A stretch of DNA of 64,000 nt from an uncultured Chloroflexia bacterium (GTDB lineage: Bacteria > Chloroflexota > Limnocylindria > Limnocylindrales > CSP1-4), in contig CAVRGP010000011.1 in NCBI GenBank assembly GCA_963720755.1, positions 800,001 to 864,000 of the forward strand. Direction: 5' to 3'. Numbering within the stretch: the stretch's first letter is position 1; every line of letters starts with the position of its first letter. A program made the position numbers and the translations under genes. The notes under the pieces were generated by a model. The model saw nothing but the letters and a program-made list of their open reading frames with translations. It made no database searches and was not told where the DNA came from. Positions 23,595-33,308 of this stretch are shown here, piece by piece.

Positions 23595-24390
23595 GTGGCC
23601 ACATCCGAACGGGACCTCGTCGCCGACCTGCGGGATGAGCTTGCGGCGATCGATCCTGCAAGACCGTGCGATCGGGTCGCCGAGCTCGACGGTCTTGGCC
23701 CCCCACCGATCGGCCGTGAGGCATCCGTCGCTCGTCTGGAGCATCGTCTCGGACGGATGGAAGCGCCCGCCACGACGGCAGGGTTCGATTGGGCGACGGC
23801 CGCTGACCACTGTCGTGCCGCCTGGGCGCGGGGGCGGTTCCTTGCCCGGGGCTCGCTCAGCCTGGCCGGTGGTCGGACCCACCTCGAATTCGTGGTCGGA
23901 CGGTCGGACGCCCCGGCGCTCGCCGCCCGGCTGACCGACTTCGGGCTGCCGGTGTCCTGGCGGGTCCGACGGGGAAGAGGCGTGGTCACCTCGAAGAATG
24001 GGGAAGCGGTCGGGACTTTCCTGCGCCGGATCGGAGCCAGTGGAGCCTTGCTCGAAGTCGAGGCGCGGCAGGTGTCGAGGGCCTTGCGTGGTGAACTGAA
24101 CCGCGTGCTCAACGCCGAATTCGGCGAATCTCCAGCGCGCCGTTGCGGCCGCCGGGCGCCAGCTCGATGCGATCGACACGCTCGACCGGGATGGCCGGCT
24201 GTCATCCCAGCCGTACCTCGTCCGGATGGTGGCCGACGCACGCCGCGAAACGCCGGAGGCCAGCCTCGGGGAACTGGCAGAGCGGCTGGACATCCATCGC
24301 TCGGCCGTCCAGCGGGCGCTCGAGCGAATGGAGCGGCTCGCCGCGCTCGATCAGCCGAGCGAGGGCTCGATCCGTCCCGCTCTGGCATGA
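23595..24390 (+). CDS. whiA: WhiA (LAGLIDADG-derived domain + HTH), one frameshift
   Basis: LRDELA, ARGRFLARGS, HLEF, NRVLNAE. Removing one T at ~24120 restores SANLQRAVAAA..PEASLGELA..IHRSAVQRAL with stop at 24388-24390. Usual position after rapZ-yvcK. Confidence 0.85.
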
Positions 24391-24398
24391 TGGCCGGG

Positions 24399-25187
24399 AT
24401 GCGAGACGTGGTCATCGCCGCCAATTGGAAGATGCATACGACCCCGGCCGACGCAGCCGAGCTGGCCGCGACCATCGCGGCCCGGACACGCGTGAGTGAC
24501 GTCATCCGGGTCATCTGTCCACCATTCGTCGCTCTGGCGAGCGTTCGCGATGCCTTGTCGACCACGGATCCGGATATCGGGATCGGGGCGCAGACGGTCC
24601 ATCATGAGCTCCAGGGCGCGTACACGGGTGAGATCTCCGCGCCGATGCTCGACGGTCTTGCCACCTGGGTCATCGTCGGCCACTCGGAGCGCCGTCGGGA
24701 TGCGGGGGAGACGGACGAGATGATCGGCCGGAAGATCGGCCGTGCGCTGGAGGCCACCCTTCGACCGATCCTGTGCGTCGGCGAACGGCTCGAGGAACGC
24801 GAAGCCGGCCGGCAGGTCGACGTCGTTCGGGGGCAGCTGACCGGGGCCCTCGCCGGTCACGATCCCGACGCCCTGCGGTCGGGTGGGCTGGTCGTCGCCT
24901 ACGAACCGGTGTGGGCGATCGGGACTGGCCGGAACGCCAGTGGCCAGGATGCCGCGGCCATGTCGACGGCGATCCGGGCAACCATCGCGGAGCTCTGGGC
25001 AGGGTCCGCGGATGCCATCCCGGTCCTGTACGGCGGCAGCGTCACGTCGGCCAATATCGGAGAGTTCCTGGCTGAGCCGTCGATCGATGGTGCGCTCGTC
25101 GGCGGTGCGTCACTCAAGCCCGATGAGATGGCTGGGATCGTGGCTCGTGCCGGGTTGACCGCGGCAGCGCGACGCGGCGCCGGGTGA
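24399..25187 (+). CDS. tpiA: triosephosphate isomerase
   Basis: ANWKM, GAYTGEIS, VGHSERR, AYEPVWAIGTG, LYGGSV, LVGGASL. Confidence 0.97.
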   Translation: MRDVVIAANWKMHTTPADAAELAATIAARTRVSDVIRVICPPFVALASVRDALSTTDPDIGIGAQTVHHELQGAYTGEISAPMLDGLATWVIVGHSERRRDAGETDEMIGRKIGRALEATLRPILCVGERLEEREAGRQVDVVRGQLTGALAGHDPDALRSGGLVVAYEPVWAIGTGRNASGQDAAAMSTAIRATIAELWAGSADAIPVLYGGSVTSANIGEFLAEPSIDGALVGGASLKPDEMAGIVARAGLTAAARRGAG

Positions 25188-26788
25188 CGGTCGACCAGCC
25201 CACGCCCGCGCGGTCCGGCGAGACGATCCGACCGCGACCCATCGTCCTGGTCATCCTCGATGGGTTCGGGATCGGACATGATCCGGCGGTCGACGCGATC
25301 GCAGCGGCGCCGATGCCGACCTGGCGGCGGCTGCTCCGTGACTGGCCCCATGCCGTGTTGCGCGCCTCGGAGGAGGCGGTCGGTCTGCCGCCCGGCCAGA
25401 TGGGCAATTCCGAAGTCGGGCACCTCAACCTCGGGGCGGGGCGCCCGGTGCTCCAGGATCTGCCCCGGATCGACGCCGCCATCGCGGATGGCAGCTTCTC
25501 GACCCGTCCTGCCCTGATCGATGCCTGCCGGCATGCGGCTGGCCTCAACGGCCGCCTCCACATCGTCAGCCTGATCGGTCCAGGTGGTGTGCACGCCAAC
25601 GATCGACACCTCGTCGCCATCGTCGGCCTGGCGACCGAGATGGGAGTCCGGAGCGTTCGCGTCCACGCGCTGCTCGATGGACGCGACACGCCGCCCCGGT
25701 CCGCCCTCGGGTTCATCGCGGACCTGGAGCGACGATTGGCGGGCGCCCACCCAGATGTCCGGATCGCCTCGGTCGGCGGTCGCTACTACGCGATGGATCG
25801 GGACCAGCGATGGGAGCGGATCGAGCGAGGCTACGACGCGATCGTCCACGCGCAAGGGGAGCGGGCCGCGAGTGCCACGGCCGCGGTCGAGGCGGGCTAT
25901 GCCCGCGGTGAGAACGACGAATTCATCCTTCCGACCGTCATCGACGGCGCCGACGGCGAGGTGCGTTCGGGCGATCCGGTCATCCACGCGAACTTCCGTG
26001 CCGATCGGGCACGACAGCTGACGCATGCGCTGGCGGACGGTCGATTCAGTGCGTTCGACCGGGATGCGCCGGATGGTCGGCCCGCCCCCACCGATCTGTT
26101 CGTCGTGACGATGACCTCGTACGAAGCCGACCTGCCGGTCGAGGTCGCCTTCCCGCCGGAGACCGCGCGATCGCTCGCCCAGTCGTTCTCGGAACTCGGC
26201 TGGCGCCAGTTCCACGTCGCCGAGACCGAGAAGTACGCCCACGTGACCTACTTCTTCAACGGCGGCGTTGAAGAGCCATACCCCGGCGAGGAACGTCGAC
26301 TCATCCCGAGCCAGAAGGTCGCAACGTACGACCTGGCTCCGGCGATGAGCGCGGTCGGCGTGACCGACGCCTTGGTCACGGCGATCGGGTCCGGCGAATA
26401 CGACTTCATCGTCGCCAATCTCGCCAACCCGGATATGGTCGGCCACACCGGCGTCTGGGATGCGACCATCGAAGCGCTCGGCGTCATCGACGACTGCCTC
26501 GCCCGCATCGTCACCGCGGCCGAGGCCGTGCCGGCGGGTGGACCCGATGGTCCTGGCGTCCTCCTGGCGATCACCGCCGACCACGGCAACGCCGATGAGC
26601 TTCGCGATGCGGACGGGCGGCCCGTGACGGCCCACTCCCTCAACCCGGTCCCGTTCGTCCTGATCGGTCGCGCGGCTCTCGGATCCACCCTGACGGATGG
26701 GGTCCTGGCTGACGTGGCGCCGACCTTGCTCGAGTTGGCCGGCTTGCCAAGGTGGCCCGGTATGACCGGTCGATCGCTGATCTTGTGA
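25184..26788 (+). CDS. gpmI: 2,3-bisphosphoglycerate-independent phosphoglycerate mutase
   Basis: LVILDGFG, GQMGNSEVGH, GRYYAMDRD, NFRADRARQ, AETEKYAHVT, NPDMVGHTG, TADHGNA. Confidence 0.97.
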   Translation: MTVDQPTPARSGETIRPRPIVLVILDGFGIGHDPAVDAIAAAPMPTWRRLLRDWPHAVLRASEEAVGLPPGQMGNSEVGHLNLGAGRPVLQDLPRIDAAIADGSFSTRPALIDACRHAAGLNGRLHIVSLIGPGGVHANDRHLVAIVGLATEMGVRSVRVHALLDGRDTPPRSALGFIADLERRLAGAHPDVRIASVGGRYYAMDRDQRWERIERGYDAIVHAQGERAASATAAVEAGYARGENDEFILPTVIDGADGEVRSGDPVIHANFRADRARQLTHALADGRFSAFDRDAPDGRPAPTDLFVVTMTSYEADLPVEVAFPPETARSLAQSFSELGWRQFHVAETEKYAHVTYFFNGGVEEPYPGEERRLIPSQKVATYDLAPAMSAVGVTDALVTAIGSGEYDFIVANLANPDMVGHTGVWDATIEALGVIDDCLARIVTAAEAVPAGGPDGPGVLLAITADHGNADELRDADGRPVTAHSLNPVPFVLIGRAALGSTLTDGVLADVAPTLLELAGLPRWPGMTGRSLIL

Positions 26789-26828
26789 TAGCATCCGACG
26801 CCGAAGCGGACAGAGGAGCGTAAGACTC

Positions 26829-27056
26829 GTGGACCCCCTCCTGGCCATCGGCCAGATCCTGGTGAGCATCGCGCTCATCGTCGCCATCCTGCTGCAAGCC
26901 CGCGGTGTCGGGCTGTCAGGGACGTTCGGCGGCGATTCGGCCGTCTATCGAAGCCGTCGAGGTGTGGAGCGTCGGCTGTGGCAATTCACGATCGTCCTGC
27001 TCGTCCTGTTCGTGACGTTCTCGCTGGCGGCGTTCATGCTCGCCCCCACCGCCTGA
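26829..27056 (+). CDS. secG: preprotein translocase subunit SecG
   Basis: ILLQARGVGLSGTFGG..RRGVE, two TM helices, RBS GAGGAG. Confidence 0.92.
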   Translation: MDPLLAIGQILVSIALIVAILLQARGVGLSGTFGGDSAVYRSRRGVERRLWQFTIVLLVLFVTFSLAAFMLAPTA

Positions 27057-27108
27057 TCCTCCGCGGAGCGCGGCGGCCCACCGCGCCTTTCCGCTCGTTC
27101 GGAGCCCG

Positions 27109-28845
27109 ATGACCCGCACCGACTCGTTCGTGGTCGGGACCCTCGTCGTATTGCTCGCCATCATCGCGGGCATCGTGGGTCTTCCGACGCTGCAGACCTC
27201 CGCCGCCACGACCAACACGCCGTCACCGACGGTGGGATCGACCGCGTCGAGGCCGTATCGTGAAGGGATCCTGGGACGCCCCGTCTCGGTCAGTCCGTTT
27301 TCTGCCCGAACCCAGGCGGACCGGGATCTGGTCGCGCTCATCTTCGCCGGCCTGGTGCGGAACGGCCCATCCGGATCGCTCGTCCCCGACCTCGCCGACC
27401 GTTGGTCCGTCGATGCGACCGGAGCGGTCTGGACGTTCCATCTTCGCGACGGCGCGATCTGGCAGGACGGCGAGCCGGTCACCGCCGATGACGTCGCCTT
27501 TACGATCCGGACGCTGCAGGATCCCGCCTACACGGGCCCAGGGGCGAGTTCCTGGTACGGCGTGAAGGTGGAAACAGAGGGACGCCAGATCGTGGTCTTC
27601 ACCCTGGCGACGCCGCTCGGTGGCTTCCTGCAGGCTGCGACCCAACCGATCGCACCGGCGCACCTCCTGGCGAACATCCCCATCGAGGAGTTGGCGACCG
27701 CGCCATTCACGAGACAGCCGGTCGGCGCCGGTCCGTTCGCCGTCGCTCGTCTGGACGACCATTCTGCGGAGCTGGTCCCGGCCGCTCAGGTGGTGCCCGC
27801 TCCCGCCCCGAGTACGGACCCGTCACCGGGCGCCACCGATTCGCTGGCGACCACACCGCCGACGAGTCATCCCACCGGACCGACGCCGTACCTGTCGGGG
27901 ATCGAATTCAGCTTCTACGACGATCCGGACATGCTGGCGGCGGCCTATCGGGCGGGCGGCCTCGATGCCGCGTCCGGGCTTCCACCGCAGTCGATCCGGG
28001 AGCTTGGGTCGATCGCCGGGAGCCGAGTCCTGCGCTACCCAAGCGCTACCCTCACGGCCGTCCTGCTGAACCTGAGACCCGGCAACCCCGAGTTCGCCGA
28101 TCCTGCGGTGCGCAAGGGGCTGCTCCAGGCGATCGACCGATCGAGCCTGATCTCCGACAGCTTCGCCGGCGCGGCCGAGCTGGCGGCGGGCCCAATCCCG
28201 CCTAGCTCCTGGTTGTCCGATCCGGGCAGTGGAGCTCCAGTCGACTACGACCGAGCGGCTGCCGTGGCGGCCCTCAAGAAGGCGGGATGGACACGATCGA
28301 CGGACGGGTGGCATCTGCCGAACGGCAAGTCGCCGATCAAGATCGACCTCCTGAGCATCGACCAGGCGTCGAACCCGGTCGCCTTCGCGACGGCCGAGGC
28401 GGTCGCTCGCGGTTGGGCGGCGATCGGCCTGGACGTGACCCATAAACCACTGCCTCCTGCCGATTTCGTCGGCGATCGGCTGGCGGCCGGTTCGTTCAAG
28501 GCGGCCGTCGCGGACGTCACGATCGGCCTCGATCCCGACCTCTATCCACTGCTCGCGTCGAGTCAGACCCGGACCGGCGGGTCCAACGTCATGGGTTTGC
28601 AGGATTCCAAGCTGGACAAGCTGCTGGCGGCGGCTCGCGCGCCGGGGACCGACACGGAGCGAAAGTCAGCCTACGCCGCCCTCCAGACGGCTCTGGCCGC
28701 CGATGCATTTATCCTCCCGCTCGCCTTCGCCGACGAGTCGATCGTCGTCCGCGACACGGTCGAAGGACCGTCGATCCGGCAGGTCGCCGATCCGGCTGAT
28801 CGATTTTGGGATGTGCTAACATGGCGCCTCGCTGCGGGCCGCTAG
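27109..28845 (+). CDS. peptide/nickel ABC transporter substrate-binding protein (family 5)
   Basis: LVPDLADRW..WTFHLR..WQDGEPVTADDVAFT, PVGAGPF, VRKGL.QAIDR. Confidence 0.88.
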   Translation: MTRTDSFVVGTLVVLLAIIAGIVGLPTLQTSAATTNTPSPTVGSTASRPYREGILGRPVSVSPFSARTQADRDLVALIFAGLVRNGPSGSLVPDLADRWSVDATGAVWTFHLRDGAIWQDGEPVTADDVAFTIRTLQDPAYTGPGASSWYGVKVETEGRQIVVFTLATPLGGFLQAATQPIAPAHLLANIPIEELATAPFTRQPVGAGPFAVARLDDHSAELVPAAQVVPAPAPSTDPSPGATDSLATTPPTSHPTGPTPYLSGIEFSFYDDPDMLAAAYRAGGLDAASGLPPQSIRELGSIAGSRVLRYPSATLTAVLLNLRPGNPEFADPAVRKGLLQAIDRSSLISDSFAGAAELAAGPIPPSSWLSDPGSGAPVDYDRAAAVAALKKAGWTRSTDGWHLPNGKSPIKIDLLSIDQASNPVAFATAEAVARGWAAIGLDVTHKPLPPADFVGDRLAAGSFKAAVADVTIGLDPDLYPLLASSQTRTGGSNVMGLQDSKLDKLLAAARAPGTDTERKSAYAALQTALAADAFILPLAFADESIVVRDTVEGPSIRQVADPADRFWDVLTWRLAAGR

Positions 28846-28865
28846 CCGGTCGTGCACGGCCCTAT

Positions 28866-28952
28866 GCCGAGGTGGCGGAATTGGTAGACGCGCTAGCTTC
28901 AGGAGCTAGTGTCCGCAAGGGCGTATGGGTTCAAATCCCTTCCTCGGTACCA
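28866..28952 (+). tRNA. tRNA-Leu(CAG)
   Basis: Cloverleaf, anticodon loop TTCAGGA, long variable arm, encoded CCA. Confidence 0.95.
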
Positions 28953-28991
28953 GACCTCGTTCGTGGACCGTCGATCGCAGCGGTCTCTCAG

Positions 28992-29076
28992 GCCCAGGTG
29001 GCGGAATTGGTATACGCGTACGTTTGAGGGGCGTATGAGGCAACTCATCCGGGTTCAAGTCCCGGCCTGGGCACCA
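28992..29076 (+). tRNA. tRNA-Leu(GAG)
   Basis: Cloverleaf, loop TTGAGGG, long variable arm, CCA. Confidence 0.95.
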
Positions 29077-29086
29077 CGCTGACACC

Positions 29087-29114
29087 AACGACCGTCGCAT
29101 CTGCGGCGGTCGTT
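29087..29114 (+). terminator. stem-loop between tRNA-Leu(GAG) and tRNA-Val
   Basis: AACGACCGTCGCA pairs with TGCGGCGGTCGTT, followed by ATCCTTT. Confidence 0.5.
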
Positions 29115-29125
29115 ATCCTTTGCAC

Positions 29126-29202
29126 GGGCGGTTAGCTCAGTCGGTCAGAGCGCCTCGTTTACACCGAGGAGGTCACTGGTTCGAACCCAGTACCGCCCAC
29201 CA
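29126..29202 (+). tRNA. tRNA-Val(TAC)
   Basis: Cloverleaf, loop TTTACAC, GGTTCGAAC, CCA. Confidence 0.96.
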
Positions 29203-29256
29203 TCAAGACGCACCAGGTGATGGGCGTGCGGGCCGGCCGCGTGGCAGGAGCGTTTC

Positions 29257-29763
29257 GTGAGCATTCGTACGGCATACAGCGTCTGGCCCGAATACAACCG
29301 CCGGCTTCGTGATGTGGTCGCCGCGATGACCGACGAACAGCTGGCACTCCGCCCATCTCCCGAGCGGTGGCCACTCTGGGCGACCGTGGGCCACCTGGCC
29401 TGTCAGCGGGTGTTCTGGTTGTGCGACTTCGCCGGTGAACCTGGCGTCGAATCCACACCATTCACCAACGCCGCGTACGACTGCCCTGGAGATGACGACC
29501 TCGAGCATGTCCTGGGGGCCGGCCAGCTCGCCGATGCGCTCGACACGTCCTACCGCATCGTCGATGCCTTCCTGGATCGGTGGACCGCAGACTCGATGTC
29601 CGAGGAACTGTCTCGCGACTGGGATGGCGAGTGGGTCCACACACGTGGGTGGGTCATCCAGCGCGTCTTCAGTCACGACGTCTACCACTGTGCTGAGTTG
29701 AACGAGGTCCTTGGTCGCACCGGATTGCCCCAGATCGATCTGTGGGGTCCCGGCACCGGGTGA
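29257..29763 (+). CDS. DinB/YfiT-family protein
   Basis: MTDEQLALRP..W..VGHLA and HDVYH.AE metal-site pattern, RBS AGGAG. Confidence 0.8.
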   Translation: MSIRTAYSVWPEYNRRLRDVVAAMTDEQLALRPSPERWPLWATVGHLACQRVFWLCDFAGEPGVESTPFTNAAYDCPGDDDLEHVLGAGQLADALDTSYRIVDAFLDRWTADSMSEELSRDWDGEWVHTRGWVIQRVFSHDVYHCAELNEVLGRTGLPQIDLWGPGTG

Positions 29764-29851
29764 CGGCCGGCCACCTCCGGGCCTGATACGGGCACTGGTA
29801 GACTTGACCCGAGCACGAGCCGACCGGCGTCGTGGCCATCGGAGGAGTTGC

Positions 29852-30421
29852 ATGGGCCTCGAACTGATCATCGTCCTCGTGATCATCGTCGTGCTGATCG
29901 TTCTCCTCGTCGGGCTCTATAACGGGCTCGTCCAGAAGCGATTGCGGATCGATGAAGCGTTCGCGCAGATTGAAGTCCAACTGAAGCGCCGCCACGACCT
30001 CATCCCGAACCTCGTCAACGCGGTCAAGGGCTATATGGGGTTCGAGCAGAAGGTCCTGACCGATGTCACCAACGCTCGTGCAGCCGCCGTTTCGGCAGGT
30101 GCCCAGGGCCCGACCCAGCAGGCAGCAGCGGAAAATGCGCTCACCGGCGCCCTGCGTTCGCTCTTCGCAGTCGTCGAGAACTACCCGGAACTCAAGGCCA
30201 ACGAGAATGTCCTGGCGCTGCAGGAGCAGCTGACCACCACGGAGAACCAGATCTCGTTCTCGCGCCAGCACTACAACGCGACCGTGCTCGACTACAACAC
30301 GAACATCCAGACGTTCCCGGCCGTGCTGCTTGCCGGCATGTTCGGCTTCACCAAGCGCGACTTCTTCGACGCCGAGCCCGAGGCGGCCAACGTCCCCAAC
30401 GTCGATCTCAGCCTGAGCTGA
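29852..30421 (+). CDS. lemA: LemA family protein
   Basis: YNGLV, QLKRRHDLIPNLV, ENYPELKAN, TENQISFSRQHYN, RBS GGAGGAG. Confidence 0.95.
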   Translation: MGLELIIVLVIIVVLIVLLVGLYNGLVQKRLRIDEAFAQIEVQLKRRHDLIPNLVNAVKGYMGFEQKVLTDVTNARAAAVSAGAQGPTQQAAAENALTGALRSLFAVVENYPELKANENVLALQEQLTTTENQISFSRQHYNATVLDYNTNIQTFPAVLLAGMFGFTKRDFFDAEPEAANVPNVDLSLS

Positions 30422-30443
30422 GCGGTCGCTGCCGGGATCGTCG

Positions 30444-31427
30444 GTGGCCGAGCGGTCGTTCTACGGGCAGATCGGAGCCAACAAACGGAACTCGTTCCTT
30501 TTGGCTGGTGGACTCGTCGCGCTCCTGGCGGTACTCGGGTTCACGATCGGATACGCGATCGTCGGGACGCCGGCTGGCGGGGTCGCCGCGACCGCGCTGG
30601 CCATCGCGGCCGGTTCCGTGTCCGGGATCGCGGCGTTCTATAGCGGCGACAAACTCGTCCTGACCGTCAGCGGGGCGCAGGCGGTCGACGAAACGTCGGC
30701 CCCGCAGCTCCTGAACGTCGTCCGAGAGATGGCCATCGCGGCCAATGTGCCGATGCCGAAGGTGTACATCATCGACGACACCGCGCCGAATGCATTCGCG
30801 ACGGGCCGCGATCCGGCCCATGCGTCGGTCGCCATCACCACGGGGTTGCTCCAGAAGCTCGACCGGGAAGAATTGCAGGGTGTCATCGGCCACGAGCTTT
30901 CGCACGTGCGCAACTTCGACATCCGGTTCTCACTCATCCTTGGGGTCATGGTCGGTGCCATCGCGATCCTGGCCGACTTTTTCCTCCGGTTCACGTTCTG
31001 GGGCGGGATGTCGTCCCGGCGATCGTCCAGCCGGGACAGTGGCGGGAATGGGGCCGCCGCGATCATGGCCGTGATCGCGATCATCCTGGCGATCCTTGCG
31101 CCGATCATCAGCCGGTTCATCCAGCTCGCGGTTAGCCGCCAACGCGAATACCTGGCGGATGCGTCGTCGGTCGAACTGACTCGCAATCCCTACGGGCTCG
31201 AGCGGGCGCTGGCCAAGATCGACGCGGACCAGGAAGTCCTCGAGGTCGCCAACCGTGGGACTCAGCACATGTACTTCACCAATCCGATCAAACGGTTCGA
31301 AGCCCGGTCGTCCGGATTGATGGACACGCACCCGCCGATCCTGGATCGGATCAACCGTCTGCGCCAGCTGACCGGCGAGGCGCCGCTCCAGTCCGCTGAC
31401 GTCGCCTCGTTGGCCGGTCCGCAGTAG
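30444..31427 (+). CDS. htpX: M48 zinc metalloprotease HtpX
   Basis: PNAFATG, HELSH, SRQREYLAD, THPP..RI, located next to lemA. Confidence 0.92.
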   Translation: MAERSFYGQIGANKRNSFLLAGGLVALLAVLGFTIGYAIVGTPAGGVAATALAIAAGSVSGIAAFYSGDKLVLTVSGAQAVDETSAPQLLNVVREMAIAANVPMPKVYIIDDTAPNAFATGRDPAHASVAITTGLLQKLDREELQGVIGHELSHVRNFDIRFSLILGVMVGAIAILADFFLRFTFWGGMSSRRSSSRDSGGNGAAAIMAVIAIILAILAPIISRFIQLAVSRQREYLADASSVELTRNPYGLERALAKIDADQEVLEVANRGTQHMYFTNPIKRFEARSSGLMDTHPPILDRINRLRQLTGEAPLQSADVASLAGPQ

Positions 31428-31533
31428 GGGAGTGGGGCGGACGGAGCTGCCTGGTGGGCTCGTTGCCCGGCTTCTGAGGCCCGTGGTATCGTTCCATGCG
31501 CCGACGGGCAGCCGACGGCTGGTTGGCCATCGG

Positions 31534-31609
31534 GCCGAGATAGCTCAGTTGGTAGAGCACGCGACTGAAAATCGCGGTGTCGCCAGTTCGATTCTGGCTC
31601 TCGGCACCA
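31534..31609 (+). tRNA. tRNA-Phe(GAA)
   Basis: Cloverleaf, loop CTGAAAA, CCA. Confidence 0.96.
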
Positions 31610-31634
31610 CCTCAGGGTGGGTGTGGATCTCAGA

Positions 31635-31710
31635 GCGGAAGTGGCTCAGTTGGTAGAGCATCACCTTGCCAAGGTGAGGGTCGCGGGTTCGAGTCCCGTC
31701 TTCCGCTCCA
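31635..31710 (+). tRNA. tRNA-Gly(GCC)
   Basis: Cloverleaf, loop TTGCCAA, TCCA end. Confidence 0.96.
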
Positions 31711-31730
31711 AATCTCCCCTATCGGACCGC

Positions 31731-31804
31731 TGCCCCTTCGTCTAGTGGTAGGACAGCGGACTTTGGATCCGTGAACCGAGGTTCGAATCCTCGAGGGGCA
31801 GCCA
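31731..31804 (+). tRNA. tRNA-Gln(TTG)
   Basis: U1-A72 start, loop CTTTGGA, GCCA end. Confidence 0.95.
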
Positions 31805-31838
31805 GCATCCGGCGGGGGCCCGCCAGCGAATATCTTCT

Positions 31839-31915
31839 GGCGACGTGGTGAAGTGGCTCAACACGGAGGTCTGCAAAACCTCTATTCACCGGTTCGAATC
31901 CGGTCGTCGCCTCCA
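31839..31915 (+). tRNA. tRNA-Cys(GCA), integration target
   Basis: Cloverleaf, loop CTGCAAA, TCCA end. Its 3' 45 bp are duplicated at 41821-41865. Confidence 0.95.
31871..31915 (+). repeat. att core, tRNA side
   Basis: CTGCAAAACCTCTATTCACCGGTTCGAATCCGGTCGTCGCCTCCA, starting at the anticodon loop, identical to 41821-41865. Confidence 0.95.
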
Positions 31916-31958
31916 CTTCCACTCACAAAACAGCACTCCCGGGCCGGAGTGCGCCCTC

Positions 31959-31982
31959 CGCTGTTAGCATCGCGTTAGCATC
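31959..31982 (+). repeat. putative integrase arm-type sites (tandem GTTAGCATC)
   Basis: CGCTGTTAGCATCGCGTTAGCATC, 23/24 identical to 41703-41726. Confidence 0.75.
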
Positions 31983-32084
31983 GCGACCGCCGAACGGGTG
32001 TACAGTGATGGACGTAAAGCGGCGCGCCACCCGCGAGAACGAGTGACGCGCCATACGGAAGTCCTGACTAGGAGGACACCCGCG

Positions 32085-33308
32085 ATGGCAAAGTCTACAG
32101 GCCCGACATCCGCAAAGAAAAACGCCCGCCGGCGTTCCCCGGGGGAGGGGAGCGTGTATCCGTTCCGGGGCGGCCATGCGGGAGCACTCGCCTGGACCGA
32201 TCCGGACGGAACCCGACACCGTCGGACCGTGACCGCCCCGACCAGTGCCGGGGTCCGTGACAAGCTCGACGATCTTCGGCGCGAACTCCGGCTCGGCACC
32301 CTCACGTCGGCATCACAAGCCCTGACCGTCGGCGACTACCTGACGGAATGGATCGAGCGCCACCGGACATCCGTCCGCCCGTCGACGTGGCGCTCTGCCG
32401 AACAGCACGTCCGGGTGTACCTCATTCCGGCGCTCGGCCGTATCCCGCTGGCCCGACTGTCGGCCGACGATGTGGCGACCGCCCTTGCGGCCTTTCAGGC
32501 GACCGGGCGGCCCGTCCGTGCGCCGAAACGAACCCGGGGCCGGCAGAATGCCGGCGGGCTGTCTCCGCTGACGGTCCGCCATATCCGGGCGACACTCCGG
32601 CAAGCACTCGGGGCCGCCGTCATCGCGGGCAAGGCGCAACGGAACGCCGCCGCCGACTCGAGGCCGCCGTACCTGCCGCACCGACCGATTACCTATCTGT
32701 CAACGCGCGACCTGGCGCGACTGCTCGACGCGACCCGGGACGATGAGTTCGGCCCCCTGTACGCCCTGGCCGCAACGACCGGGCTCCGGCTCGGGGAGCT
32801 GCTCGGGCTGGAATGGCCGGACGTGGCCGATGGTCGCCTGACCGTCCGCCGGTCACTGGCCCGGGCACAGGGGAACGGCTGGGAACTCGCCCAACCGAAG
32901 TCGGCACGATCCCGGCGGACGATCCCGCTACCCGCTCGAGCCCGTCAGGCCGTGGAGACACAACGAACCCGGCAACGGTTCGCACAGAATGCCGCCGGGT
33001 CGGCATGGCAGGACCGCGACGGGCTCGTCTTTACTGATGCCGTGGGGCGACCGTTGGCCCCGGAGCGGGTGTCCCGGGAGTTCGGCAAGGCTCGCGACGC
33101 CGCCGGCGTCCCGCGTATCCGGTTCCATGACCTGCGCCACAGTGCCGCGACCGCCCTACTGTCGGCCGGCGTCCCGTTGGCCGTCATCTCCGAGTGGCTC
33201 GGTCACTCCGGTATCGCGATCACCGCGTCCGCGTATGCCGCAGTCGTGCCGGAACTTCTGACCGATGCCGCCGACGCCATGGACCGCGCCCTAGGGGGCG
33301 ATTCATGA
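32085..33308 (+). CDS. tyrosine recombinase / phage-type integrase
   Basis: RBS AGGAGG and ATG 32085. N-terminal RR.PGEGSVY, then TGLRLGEL, PKS, FHDLRHS, LGHS and catalytic Y (TASAY). Confidence 0.95.
   Translation: MAKSTGPTSAKKNARRRSPGEGSVYPFRGGHAGALAWTDPDGTRHRRTVTAPTSAGVRDKLDDLRRELRLGTLTSASQALTVGDYLTEWIERHRTSVRPSTWRSAEQHVRVYLIPALGRIPLARLSADDVATALAAFQATGRPVRAPKRTRGRQNAGGLSPLTVRHIRATLRQALGAAVIAGKAQRNAAADSRPPYLPHRPITYLSTRDLARLLDATRDDEFGPLYALAATTGLRLGELLGLEWPDVADGRLTVRRSLARAQGNGWELAQPKSARSRRTIPLPARARQAVETQRTRQRFAQNAAGSAWQDRDGLVFTDAVGRPLAPERVSREFGKARDAAGVPRIRFHDLRHSAATALLSAGVPLAVISEWLGHSGIAITASAYAAVVPELLTDAADAMDRALGGDS

Noticed and set aside
23082-25187. 701-aa ORF suggesting a WhiA-TpiA fusion
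   Set aside because: It is explained by a single extra base in whiA. The true WhiA C-terminus is intact in another frame, and tpiA has its own -10 and ATG.
29203-29763. DinB gene after tRNA-Val as an integrated islet
   Set aside because: I found no duplicated tRNA 3' end or mobility gene nearby.
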